A DNA stretch of 64,000 nt from Podarcis tiliguerta (taxonomy: Eukaryota), in the NCBI GenBank assembly GCA_965153285.1, contig OZ229111.1. One strand, 5' to 3'. The translations under genes were made by a program, and so were the position numbers. Positions 11,051 to 22,800 of this stretch are shown in pieces. The notes below the pieces were generated by a model, which was given only the letters and a program-made list of their open reading frames with translations, searched no databases and was not told the origin of the DNA. Positions within the stretch are counted from its first letter, which is position 1. The number at the start of each line of letters is the position of its first letter.

Positions 11051-14000
11051 CCTTGGGCTGGGCTCCTCAAGTTTGTCCCTCATTGATAGAAACAGACAGG
11101 ACCACCACCCCTACAGAAAAAGCAGACTGCTGCTTTGAAAATATTCTGTTGCTCCAGTGTGTTTAACATCAAAGGACAAGATATCCTGGACGATCCTGGC
11201 AAAATGGCTTTGACTATCCTGGCCTGGACTTCTTGCAGGAGAAACAAACCCCATGGACCCCAGTATTGGGCATTTATATCTAGGGCGTTGCATTTGTTCA
11301 GTACAGCCCTGTGATCATGTCTGTTAGGAATGTGGAGACTGACCCCATGGGAAAGAAGAGGGGTGATGGTCTAGTGGTGTAGATTTTGGGATTCCAGTGT
11401 CCCTCTTCCTTGTCAGCCTTCCATCAAGAACCAGTGGTTTGAACCTCTCTTCTTTCGTTTGGAAAGGGCATTCAGATACAAGCTAACATTACTTATGGGG
11501 CTGATCGAGGCACATGATTTGCACATACTCCTCTCTGCTGTTGCTGCCCCTGAGCAGATGTGAGAGACTCTTCTAGAGGGTACAGATGATACTTCATTTA
11601 TCTTCTCCAATCTGGGCATTATCAGATCATCCCAAATGGGGAAATAAATGACCAAAGGAAAACTAGTGCAGTGCTTTAATGGTTTTGCTTTGCACCCCAT
11701 TGATGAAGCTGGCCTACCTCCCTTCACCATTTCCTGCACATTGATAGAAACTCTCCAAATTCCAGAAAGGCCCAGTCAGGTGTTCACAATGCTGTCTTGG
11801 TCAAGAACTTCATGGGAGAGTTCAGCTGGCTAAGGATAGTGTTAATAGCACATTCATGTTGATCCCTTGCTGCTTTTGTGAAACTAATGATGCTTATCAG
11901 GTGCCAACTCCCCCTCACCTCACCCATGCGTCTTTCCATTTTGTAGATAAAATAAGTCTCTTTTCTGACCTCGTTCAGATACAAGCACCATATTTTGTTG
12001 CAGTTTCCCTTTCTTCTTCCTTCCAGGGAGGCTTCCTAGCAAGACAGCACACTTCCATACATGTTCCGCCCACAATAATAAAATACTTGTGTGGGGTAAT
12101 TGATGAGAAAAGTAGGCGTCTTTATTTTCAGAAACTGTCCTGATTTGTGGAGGGAAGCGTCTGTCTGGCTTATAATGTAGTGCCACCTGTGCTTGTTTTC
12201 ACCTCAGGGAGTTGGTGTTTCCAGCCTTGTTCCTCCACTTTGTGACGGGTTGAATGCAGCTGTGCCACGTTCTGGCCCCACATACGTATATGGGATTCTG
12301 TTGCGTGGGCTGAGGTGTTGGTGGCTTGTAGCATTAATCTTGACAGCATTAGTTCACTGCGTGATTAATCACAATTTGCAGCTCTTGGTGGCAGTGGTGG
12401 CCCTAAGTGCTGTTCTGTGGACCTTGGAGGCTAGTTGCTCTAATTAGGACCAGGCCTAGTATACACAAATGCACTAGACTTCTTGGGCATGCACTTTGTT
12501 GGGGAGGCGATTTACTACCATAGGGAACTAATGGCAAGGCATTAAAGTTGACCACAATTGTCGTAAACCTCTACTACTAGATGCTCTTGTAATGGGGTAG
12601 CATTTGCCCCAAAGCTCCTGTGCTGAATCTGTGCCTCCCTTTTGGGCGAGTATGAACTTCACTGGTTTGTCTTGAAAGTATTGGTTCTTTCATCAAGGAG
12701 CTGCTGATGTGCCAGCAGGTATTTGCAGTTGACTCAGTGCTGAATGTTCTGAAGGGCAGGTGGGGGAGCAACCGTTGTGCATTGACCAATTTAGAAATTA
12801 GTATTAGATATTGCCTCTGTAATGAGAGGCATTTTCACAGAGAAAAGAGCAACGCCATTTCCCCAATGTTATCTTTGATTCCCAGAATTTAAGGGAACGG
12901 GTTTGCTTTCTGTTGAGCCTAGCTTTTGAAGTCTTCAGAATGGTTTTGAGGCATCAAAATTTTGGTATTGTTTTGGATAAACAGGATTTTTCAATATTGT
13001 CTACCAGCTACTTAAGTAACACTGAAAATACAGAAAATCACTCTAAAGAGTCGTCTTCTTCCTGTTCTAATGATTGCACCATTTTGATATTTTTTTTCAT
13101 TTAAAAAAAATCTGGACCATTCTGAACTTCTCATCATAAGTTCCAGAGCTTGTAAATAGCATTTCTCCTTCCTGTTGCCAGGTTTTGTTTTCATGTTGCT
13201 AATAACTGTTTGCTCCGTAAGGAACCAAAAATATTAAAGGACTTGGTTTTGTTGGTATTTTAGCATTGTGGTTAGTTTTCAGACAGCGTAACTGCAAAGC
13301 ACAGTCTTGTTCAATAGCAATAAGCTTTCCAAGTTCATTTCTTTAACTTCAAGTTAAGCAACGGGACGTGGATGTGACTGTTCTTCATACTTGAGCACCT
13401 TGCATGTCTGAAGGGATTTGCCTTTTCCTAGTAGAGGTCTGCTTGCCACCAGCTCAGAGTACAAATGGAACTAATTTGACTAACATGCTCCTCTATTTGA
13501 TGCAAGCCTGTATGTTGCCTCTTGCAGGGCTGTTTGTGCCTGCATGTGCACACACGTGCTTGTGTGTAGTCTGTTGGTATTAGAGTAGCTGAAACTGAGA
13601 TGTACTGGCAAAACTCTGTACGGAAGCATCTAGAGGGTTTGTTAGAGAAGTACCCATGCTGTCAGGGCAGATAAATTTAAATGGATTTCCTTGCAGAGAG
13701 TTATTTCTAAGCAATCCCTTTGGGCGTGCAGCAAAAATCAGTTTCTGCAGCTTGACATTTGCTTTCGATTGAAAGCAACTCTGTAGAGTAAAAGTGCCTT
13801 CTAAAAGGCACCAAGAAAAACATGACAGAGCAGAAGGTATGAACTAGAATATTTGCCTTCAGCAGCTCTCCTTCCAACTGTTTGGTTAACTGTTTGTTCA
13901 AACTTGCATCTTGCCAGAGAAAAAGGTCTCAGGCAAGCAGGTCACACATGTTTGAGTGCATCCCCTTTGCCCTCTTCTGCCCTGAAACAAAAGGAATTGA

Positions 14001-16140
14001 ATCTACCCAAAACAAGCTAGTTTGTCTAATGGTTTTTGTACAGTACATTGTCCCAGTACATTTTGATATATAAATGGGGCAATGTATTTACAGAGGTAGA
14101 CCCAGCATTTGTTGTTACACTGCAGCCATTCACCTTGCCATAAAGGCACATGTCATTGGACACAATCGTGCAAACATGCCACTTCCCTGTTCTACCTCAT
14201 TATCTGTAAAATCCTTCAAGATAATTAGGCTTATTATTTCATTTTAGGGGTGTTGTTACAGAACTGGAAGCTATATTGCAAGTGTCATGAAGTTCTCTAG
14301 AATAATTTTGCAAAATAAAATAGCTGAAGAGGACATGGGGTTAGCTTTGAGGAACTAAACATAAAACAACTTGACTCCTTTCACCTGTAGTTTCAGACTG
14401 GGATGTTGCTTTTTAGTAGTTTTTAGCTCATTAAAATGCCTAGACAAGGGTGAGTGGTGAGAGACTGAGCATATGGCTTTTGTAAAGCAGGTGCTGCTCT
14501 GGACGCTGGGTCCAACAAAGCCATTTTGTATGCATTGTATACATTCAGGTCCTCCTGGACACTCATGTAAATAATCCTTCCAGTCTGTTCCTCCTGGAGC
14601 AGCACATCCTGTTTGTTGCCCTTACAGCTTGCTGACACTTTATGTCCAGTAGTGTTGATTCCTTTAGCAGGACTTTGCACGTACTGTGTAGTTGCCTTCA
14701 TGTAGATGATGAATCAGCTTTTCAGCCTTCTGGAATACATAGCCAGCTATCTCTCTAGCAATACATAGGAACTGCTAGCGTTGGTGAATGCACACTGTAA
14801 GGGGTTCCTTTTCATTAAGGGCCAAATGAGAGTTCACCAGATAAGCACTTGGATTTATTTTGTATTGGCGGCAGCTGCTGCCTTGAAAGTGTCTCTTCCT
14901 CCTCACCTAGAGGTTATTACTGCACTGTGCTTTTTGTCAATAACTGATCTTGCCCTTTCAGTTGGAATAGGAGCCACCTTCTCTTTACTAGCACCTTTGT
15001 AGCCTGGACCTGCTGCATGACATTTCAGAAATATTGGCTCAGATATTTCCCTATGAATGATGGAGAGTTGCACTTTGGATAATGTTCAGTCTAGATGACC
15101 CCAAAGAAGGCCCACTGTGTGTCACGCGGGGAAGGTATTCAACTCTTAACCATATCTGTTCCTGCACCTGAAGGAAGTCTGTGGAAGAAATGTAGCCGGG
15201 CTTCTGTTGAAAGAGGCTGGATGTCAGTTTCAATTTCCCTAGCCTAACACACGTGCAGCTATGTTTCCATATCAATCCTGCCCCTCTTCAGAGGACCAAA
15301 CCACAAATCAGACCAGATCACATTTGCCTGCCTACCTGCTGCTTACAGGTTGGGTTTGATGGTGTAGTTTTAGGTCAGAAATACTAGTTTCTGCTGGGGG
15401 CGGGGGGGAGATGCTTTAGCTAGCCAGTTATCTCACTGAGAGTTACACCAGCAACTTGCCATGAACCCTTGGAGTGCACCTGAATACACATTTTGCTGCT
15501 ATTGGTATAAAAATGTGGAGGTGCAACCTGGGGGCATATGCTGCTCTGCACAAGTGCAAGGGAACCTGCTTTTATTGCTTGCTGTGAAAGGGTCACCACA
15601 GAATATTATGACCATTTGGGTTTAAAAGGAGAGACAAGCTTTGGTGGTTTCATGGACTGTTTTTGACTGTGGGGAGAGAGACTATAGGCCTATGTATTTT
15701 GCTTGTTTTACAGCAAGTCTGGAAAGAGTCATCCAAGTCAGGTTCAGACTTTGGTTGGTTGTATTTGTACTTACTATTGCATGCTTATCTCAGGAGCAAA
15801 ATGTTGTTTTTTATACTTTGAAAAGTCTAGGTGCAGAATGGTCTCTATGAGAACTGCCAGAAAGGGAAGAAATGTTACTATGAGAGCAGGGAGCAGTACT
15901 GCACCCTACAGGAATGGTTCCTATCTGTTCATTTGGACTTGTCTGGGAGGGACGCAGTATTGCATTACAAACTTCTTGTATATTTTTCATAGTCTATTCC
16001 AGTGCCATTTTGTTGGGCCAAGTCAAGCTTTTGGGCATGAGAAATAACAGTATCTGTACTCCATACACTGCATCCCTAGCTCTCCTGTTGTGTATAAAAA
16101 GTCCTATGTGTATATAAATAAACTGCTAGACATTTAGCTG
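11051..16140 (+). other. IP6K1: Probable IP6K1 3' UTR ending near AATAAA at 16117-16122
   Basis: Repeat-poor stretch after the stop. TGTATATA (Pumilio element) at 16109-16116 abuts AATAAA, and a GT-rich element follows at ~16150. Other AATAAA hexamers near 12077, 14314 and 16703 are alternatives. Confidence 0.55.
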
Positions 16141-17102
16141 AGGGACAAGTGTCTTTTATGGGTCTTTTTCACTCCACTGGGCTTAATAACCTAGTTCACA
16201 TTATTAGTTGAATTTATATACCACCCTATACCCGGAGGTCTCAGGGCGGTTCACAGAATAAAATCAAAATGTAAAACCACAAAATACATAATCAAGTGCA
16301 TAGCCATCCCAGTATGGCTGGGTCCAGGGAGAACGGGTGCAAGATGGATGCGAATTTGACTGCCTAGAGAAGTGCATGAGATTACACACAACCATGAAAT
16401 CTCTGGCTGGCTTTCTTTCACTTTAACATATTTTCTGTTTCTTCCTCCAGTTTTGTAAGACTTAAGGAGATTACTTCTAGGCACTAGTACTTGTTATTTT
16501 GCCCTTGGGGAAAAATGTTATTTTAGTGGGGCTCATCTCACACAAAGCTGAGTTAAAAATGGTTCACAAATGTCAGTTGCTTAATGTAAATATTTAGTCC
16601 ATGTTCAACTGCAAATCCAGCCTTACTAAACTGAAGTTATGTTCGAGCAGTTCCCATTATTATTTCAAAACCTTTTTAAAAAGTTAGTCTGGAAACAAGC
16701 TTAATAAATGCATTTATTTAGCAACTCACACCATTAACATTCCTTTCTACTTTTGTGGCTGCACCAAGAGAAAGTGCTTTCAAATTAGGAGGAGAAAAGA
16801 ACAAAGGATGTGACTAAAGGATGGAAGACGTGGGATAAATCAGCTAATGTTGAGCTATTCTGTGAAGCTGGACGCATTTCTCTGCTGTAGTAAGGGACCT
16901 TATGGAACTGCAAAAGCATATCCAGAAGAGTAGTCAGAAAGAGTTCAGCTGATGAAACCCCAGAAAGGAACATAAAATACAACTCATTCTTTTCTTGCAC
17001 TAAATTTCAAATGGCAAGGTCCTCCAGATCCACTGGATGAGGCTACATCTAGCAGCTCTAAAAGGGGAAGGAAACCAACATGGATGGATTCCTCATCTTT
17101 TT

Positions 17103-17222
17103 CTAGTAGCATCTTTGCACCAATCTGCATACAACAGTGCTATTCCTAAGAAATGTGCCAGGTTCTAATGCTTGGAAAACGTGTGTGTAGGAGAAGAGGC
17201 TACTATAATAACAGCCATCCAC
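17103..17222 (-). pseudogene. NICN1: NICN1 exon 6; ancestral stop absent, with a 26-aa extension
   Basis: tttcag|VDGCYYSSLFSYT-HVFQALEPGTFLRNSTVVCRLVQRCY*. Confidence 0.8.
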
Positions 17223-17476
17223 CTGAAACAAAAACACAAACAGTAGTCAGTTTCTGCCAAAAACACTGCACTCGCTCAAGTTTAAAGAGTAGGAGCTGAG
17301 CATTCTCCCTTTCCCTTTGTGAATCTTTCCTTATAGTGATTCCTAGGAAGCTCAGTGACGTATTTTACAGCTATCCATGTTGCAACTTAAATCCCAGCCA
17401 ACATCAGAAATCCCTTCAATGAATACCTGCTGCACTTTACTTTTCTGGTAGAAAATAGAAACAGTTGTCAACTAAC

Positions 17477-17577
17477 ATTGAAATGCCTGATCTGCACTGC
17501 TGGCTGGTTTGAAGTATCTCCGCTAGCACCCACATTTACTGGACTTCTGAAAACTCTTGGTTAGCATTGGGGAACTC
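17477..17577 (-). pseudogene. NICN1: NICN1 exon 5 with TAA and a frameshift
   Basis: tttcag|EFPNANQEFSEVQ*MWVLAEILQ, then the frame shifts to QPAVQIRHFN|gttagt; recalled human GLPDPSRVSSEVQQMWALTEMIRASHTSARIGRFD. Confidence 0.85.
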
Positions 17578-18349
17578 CTGAAAGGAAGAGACTGTTGTTG
17601 AGAAGGGCAGCAATTTATCTCCTACCTGGTTCAACCACCACCCCAACAGTTGATGTGTCTCACATTACTGCTATGATTCTGTGTGAATATAGCATGTCAC
17701 ATGGGATGCAGTGTTCAGCTTCCTGAGAATGTTTTTTTTTTTCTCTTATAAGAGCAAATTTCCAAGATATACTCTGAAAGTGTGAGGGCAATGCTTGCAA
17801 AAATCTCAGAACTCAAGATTTCCAGTAGCTACAGGTTAAGGTTCCAGTAGATTGTGTGGTTCCTTAGCCTACTTACAAAGTCAGGATACATTATGCAAAA
17901 TAGAAAATATAAAGCAACATTTGAAAAATAAAATTTCATGCAAATATACATATTTTATGCAGGTTTTAGTGCAGAGTACTCACAGGCCTGCACACCATGC
18001 AGCCCATCAATAATGGTCAAGTCCAGACTAACAACTGAGCTATATGGCACACAGTTTTTTCTGGTCTTTCTACAGCTGGGGTCTCCAATTTGGTGCCCAT
18101 GCCCCCCATATATTAAATAAGGGGTTTTTGCATTTTTGTTGTGAGGCCTGTTTTGTCTTATGTTCATCTGGGGACTGTGTAGGCTTTTTGCCTATTGCTG
18201 GGGGAGAAGTTTCTGAGCATTGCATGTTCTTCCACGCAATGGACATTTTGTGCTCACAAGTTTTTTAGATTTCCAACTACATCCCTGGGTCCAGACATTT
18301 TGGGACCTCTTTTCTAAGCTAAGTGTCCTATTTTACTGACTCTACTTAC

Positions 18350-18421
18350 CAAACAAAGGTTTCCTGGCCAGACTTTGGGTGATGGATGTGGGAGTCAGAC
18401 AGAGAAACCTTTCTGCAAGTT
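18350..18421 (-). pseudogene. NICN1: NICN1 exon 4 with in-frame TGA
   Basis: ctgtag|NLQKGFSV*LPHPSPKVWPGNLCL|gtaagt; 72 nt. The stop aligns with W of the recalled human FPKWLSHP. Confidence 0.75.
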
Positions 18422-18639
18422 CTACAGTGGGTTAAAAGACAAAACAAAGTTGGGGGGGAAAGCCGCTTCTCCCCCTGCCCCTCGCCCTGGGTAGGTCAAC
18501 AAACTACTGCCAATCTTCATCTTGCAGACCAGCTTGCCTGCATGGGAAAGGGATTTCCACACATGTGTCAAACAAAATATGAACCTAATTTATGTATGTG
18601 CCCCTAAGATCAATGAGGGCTGCTTTGGAAATGATTTTG

Positions 18640-18707
18640 TAGAATCACAGAGTTGGAAGGGACCTCAAATACCAAGAAATCCAGCTTCCTTCTGATGCAG
18701 GAAATCT
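18640..18707 (-). mobile_element. CR1 LINE 3' end fragment
   Basis: TAGAATCACAGAGTTGGAAGGGACC is the reverse complement of the CR1 3' terminus. Confidence 0.6.
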
Positions 18708-18723
18708 ACAAGTTTCCACTCGC

Positions 18724-18752
18724 AGACAGACAGACAGACAGACAGACAGACA
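18724..18752. repeat. (CAGA)n microsatellite
   Basis: About 7 CAGA units. Confidence 0.9.
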
Positions 18753-19098
18753 CATACCTCCAAACCGCTTTCTTGTCTTTCCTAGTATCACAAATACATA
18801 GAAGTGGTATTGCTGGGTGCTCTGATGTAGCTGCTTGATGTTCCTGATGCCACTGCAAATCTTTGCTGATGCCATCCAGTGTGGGTAAAAGAGAGAGTTG
18901 GCCTGGCAACCATGGATCACAGCTAGGGATCTAGGTGTTGCAGAGAGAGACTAACATCAGCTAACCATCTTGGCTCCCTCTGAAGAATATTATATTTAGT
19001 CCCAGCCTCTGCTGTTAGTTCATTTGTCGTAAGACACAAGGAACACTGGCCCTGTGGATCTGGGAAAGAGGGCCTGAAGGAGATGGCAATGTACACAC

Positions 19099-19212
19099 CT
19101 CTTGGTCTCCAGGCCAGAGCTGTAGCTCTTCAATACTGAAATGCAGCCATGTTGGAGAAGGCTGCCGCAGAATCAGCCGCATGGCAATCGCCCGATCCAC
19201 ACTGCAAAGCAT
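19099..19212 (-). CDS. NICN1: NICN1 exon 3 (open, 38 aa)
   Basis: cttttag|MLCSVDRAIAMRLILRQPSPTWLHFSIEELQLWPGDQE|gtgtgt. Confidence 0.92.
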
Positions 19213-19336
19213 CTAAAAGAATTAATGTATGCTGTTAAAAAAATGAACATCTGCAACTACTGCTGACAAGACACTTGAAACAAGATGAATGTATTGAGTC
19301 ATTGCAGGTGCTGGAGTTCCTTCTGTCCATTTATGA

Positions 19337-19460
19337 AGTGGTAAGAGTGCTGGACTAGGACTGGTCAAATCTGTACTCAGCCATGAGACTCACTGGGTTA
19401 CCTTGGGAGAATGACTATTTCTCAGCATCCTCTACATCACAGGGCTGTTGTGAGGATGGA
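19337..19460 (+). mobile_element. MIR-like / Squam tRNA-SINE fragment
   Basis: GTGGTAAGAGTGCTGGACTAGGAC...CTCAGCCATG...CACTGGGTTACCTTGGG...AGGGCTGTTGTGAGGAT. Confidence 0.6.
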
Positions 19461-20255
19461 GAGAATGTCTGGCTTTATTAGCTGCCCTAAGAGCACTTAT
19501 GCTGGGGTGCAGTAAGAATCACTTCATAAATAAATAGATGCATGGATAAGCTTTCAGTTGACCAGTGCATAGTCCTGAGAGCTGTATCAGAAACCAACTG
19601 GCCTAATAAGTTACAAATGGTTGGCATTAATGGACAATATATTGTTCAAGAACAGAACTGGAAAACATTTTCAAGGGAGAAGCTCTTGCTGTAAGTTGTA
19701 TCTTCACCATTCCCTCAGAAGTTCTTAAAGCTAAAGGGATGTAGGAGTAGCTACTAATGGCACTGGCAGTCCCCATCTACTAAGTAGTGTGGGGGAGGAG
19801 AGTGGGAAATCTGGACATAAACATTGCACTTATCCCACATTAATAATTAAACTGGTACTTTTTTGAGGATGTTTAACATACAGTTCCTATAAGTGTGGGG
19901 AACTAGAGCCAGCTGTAGTGAAAAGTACAAAGGAACACAGGTTCAGAATAAAAGCTGCTTGGTAAGTAGTGCTCAAGGGGCTCAACTTTGCACTTTGCAA
20001 TGAGCACGTGCTCCCAACTGCTCCACCTCTGTAACAGCCACAGCTGAGGCATCCTCCGGTAAAAGCACTGTCTTGAAAAGGGAGCTTCGTCAGATTTTAG
20101 ATCTTGCATTTCAAGTGCAATATCAGTTACCACAGAGATTGCTCCCTAGAGAAAAAGACTGCAGTCTGCCAAGTGAGCTGTTTATAAATGAATAGAAAGG
20201 AAGCAATACACTGGCCTTTCACCTCCAGCTCCCAGGGGAGCCCGGTTATCCTAAC

Positions 20256-20444
20256 CTGATTCCTAGAGAAACAGAAGTAATCCTGGGAGCCTTCCTCTGT
20301 GTGGGGGTTGGGCATCAGGCAATAATTACGTAGGCAGGTGACCCAGCTGGAGCGGCTTTTCCTTCCCTTCTTTGTGAAGTTTTGTTGCTGCATCCGCACA
20401 GTCAAGAAAGCTGTGTAATAATTCCTGAACACAATTTCCTGTAA
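20256..20444 (-). CDS. NICN1: NICN1 exon 2 (open, 63 aa)
   Basis: ttttcag|LQEIVFRNYYTAFLTVR...WVTCLRNYCLMPNPHTEEGSQDYFCFSRNQ|gttagg. Confidence 0.92.
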
Positions 20445-21999
20445 CTGAAAACAAGGCTGTCAGTTAATTACACAGCTCCCTCTGCATAAAATAATTATTA
20501 ACAAGCAAGCAGCCTGTGCCTTACATTTGGAAAATCAAAATCAAAACAGCAACCAACTGTGCGAAACAGTAACAGCAGAACTTGATGGAAATGCTTTTCT
20601 GCTGTAACTTCCATTCTACTGGGCTTAAAATGGTGAAAACCTGGGGAGCAGGTGCTAGAGCAGAAATATCCACCCTCCAGTCACCCCAAACATTCTTTCC
20701 AGGACTTGTACCTTCGAGAGAAAAGATGGAGGGTAAGCAGTAAGAGAACACAAGGTCAGTGTTCTCAGTGTTCTACCTGAGGGCTTTTTGCTGCTGAAGC
20801 AATTTCAGAAAAATGTCGCTTGACAATTCTTAATGCTTATGTTGATAGCTGTTCAACTGAACCAGACAACTCTATGGAAGAGGACATTCTTGGGTCTACT
20901 GTTTCAGGTAGGTTGGGTAATCTTTGCTGCATTCACAAGCCAGTAGCTGTAGTGGGTAAACTGTTTTTCTTAGGACAGGAGTGGCTAATCTTCATTTTCC
21001 CATAGGAGCTAAATTTACCCTTGGCTAACCCTCTGGCTGTTGGCCAGTGGTGGGTGTCATGAAAAGTAGATGTAGCCACCCCATAGTCTTGTACACATAC
21101 TCTAGCATGCACACACACATTATACTAACAGACAGCCCCAGCCGATCCATGCAGCTCAACTGAGATAGGACACTATTGAAACCTCTCTGCAGATTAAATA
21201 ACAGATCTGATGACCAGGAAGATAGTAAAAAGTTCTGCAGGTCAGGGCAGTGGGTTAATTGTGGAGCTCGGTCATCCAGTTCTGCTTTGGAAAATAACCT
21301 GAAATATGTGGTCATTTGATTTTGAAGTTCAATATCCTGCTAATATCCTTTATCTTCTTATAGGCAAGTAAGTTTATCCACAACTGAATGATGGGTTGGA
21401 GATGGTTCTGAGAGATCAGCCTCTTGCATGAGATGTGTTATAAAGGGGGGGGGGATGAAGTAGTAGTAGTAATAATAGTAATAATTAATAATTGCCAAAA
21501 GTGTGACTTGTCATTGTACCAACACTACTCTGCCAACCGACTAGGTGGCGGTGGGGAGACATGTTCTCAGTAATACTTCCTGTGCTTTGCTTATCTAATG
21601 TACACCCAACTGCTGTTTTCCCCCTGAACTTTAGCAGTGGAGTCACTGGGGGTGGGGGTCTTGTGCAAATTCAGTGTCTCAGCATCAATTCCACATCTAC
21701 ACTGCGAAAGGCAGGGACCAATTTCACAGGCTTATTAGGAAAATAAGGAGTGACAGGTATCACTCCTGAACATGAAGTCAGATTGAGTGCTATGAAGAAG
21801 GGAGGATGGAAGCATCTCAGTGTCCCTGAGGGCCTTCCTAAGTCATTTACTGTACAATACATCTGTTATGACATTTGCTCCACTCGCACTCCCCTGCCTG
21901 TATGATGTTGTTTTTTTAAATGACATTTCTCCCTTAATATTTTGTCACTGGGAAAATGAGGTTTTCTCTTCCTCTACTATCACCATTGAGTGCTGTGTA

Positions 22000-22800
22000 A
22001 TATGCGGCGGGTGAGGTGGGTGGGCTGCTAAGACGAACAGGGCCGTAAGCTTGATGAAAAAGAGCGAGAGAGACCACGTTTTGGACGCAGAAGATCCAGG
22101 ATCCACCGGAATCTCCAACGGAAAACAACTTCAGCTTCTCGCTCCCTACTCAGGGACACGAGGGAAAGGTCGGACCAAGATGGGACTTCGGGAGGCTGAA
22201 GGCGTCCCTCGCACTTACGAAGAAGGGCCGGTGGGGAGGCAGCAGCACGTCGATCACTGACGCTCCAGATCGCCAGGACCACATTTGCCCGTCCACCTGC
22301 GCGGCGACCGCGTTTCTGACCGTGCACTGAGCAGCCTCGCGCGCCATGTCCCCTGCGAAGACCGCCTCGGCCCCGCTTCCTTCCTTCCTTCCCTCCCGCC
22401 TCGCCGCCTACACGGCCAAAATGGCGGCAGCGGGCGCGCCTGCCCACCCAGTGGCCTCTTTGGATGGGGGGGCTGCGTCCTTAAAACCCCTTCACTTAGG
22501 GGGTTGGGGGGGAGCGTTCTGGGAGCGCGCGAAACTCTCGTCCACAAACGAGCCCTGATCTGGGAAAGGAGGACGTGACGCGAAGGCGTTCGAAATCTCC
22601 ATGGAAACGACCGCGGTTCGGTCCTTTGTCCGGGAAGGGAGAGTAGGCCGGAAAGGCTATTGGAGGTTGCGGGGAATTCCCGCCCGCCTATCACGTTGCG
22701 GTGTTCGAAGTGCGCATAAAAGTGCGGAAGCGCGAGCCGGCGCTCCTTTTACCTGGCGGGAGGGGGAATAGGCGGAAGGATACAGCGCTATTCGAATTCT
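22000..22800. promoter_or_regulatory. CpG island / NICN1 promoter
   Basis: High GC and dense CpG. YY1-type GCCGCCATTTT on the minus strand at ~22398-22408, E2F-like GCGCGAAA at ~22527-22534, TGACG at 22576, RFX X-box-like ATCTCCATGGAAAC at 22595-22608, ETS CGGAAG sites. Confidence 0.85.
22219..22347 (-). CDS. NICN1: NICN1 exon 1 (open, 43 aa)
   Basis: gacATGg context; MAREAAQCTVRNAVAAQV...SVIDVLLPPHRPFF; donor gtaagt. Confidence 0.85.

Larger units (their letters stand above)
17103..22347 (-). pseudogene. NICN1: Nicolin-1 (tubulin polyglutamylase complex subunit) gene with a disrupted 3' half; exons 22347-22219, 20444-20256, 19212-19099, 18421-18350, 17577-17477, 17222-17103
   Basis: Exons match recalled human NICN1 (VIDV..PF | LQEIxFxNYYTAFL..WVTCLRxYCLMPxPHxEEGxQxY | MLC..LRLILRQPSPxWLxFxxEELQ | ..SEVQQMW.. 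| VDGCY..SYT). TGA at 18397-18395, TAA at 17538-17536 and a 101-nt exon 5 disrupt the frame. Confidence 0.85.

Noticed and set aside
18395-18397. In-frame TGA in NICN1 as possible selenocysteine or readthrough
   Set aside because: Aligns with Trp (one TGG>TGA change), no SECIS recognised, and a TAA plus frameshift follow in the next exon.
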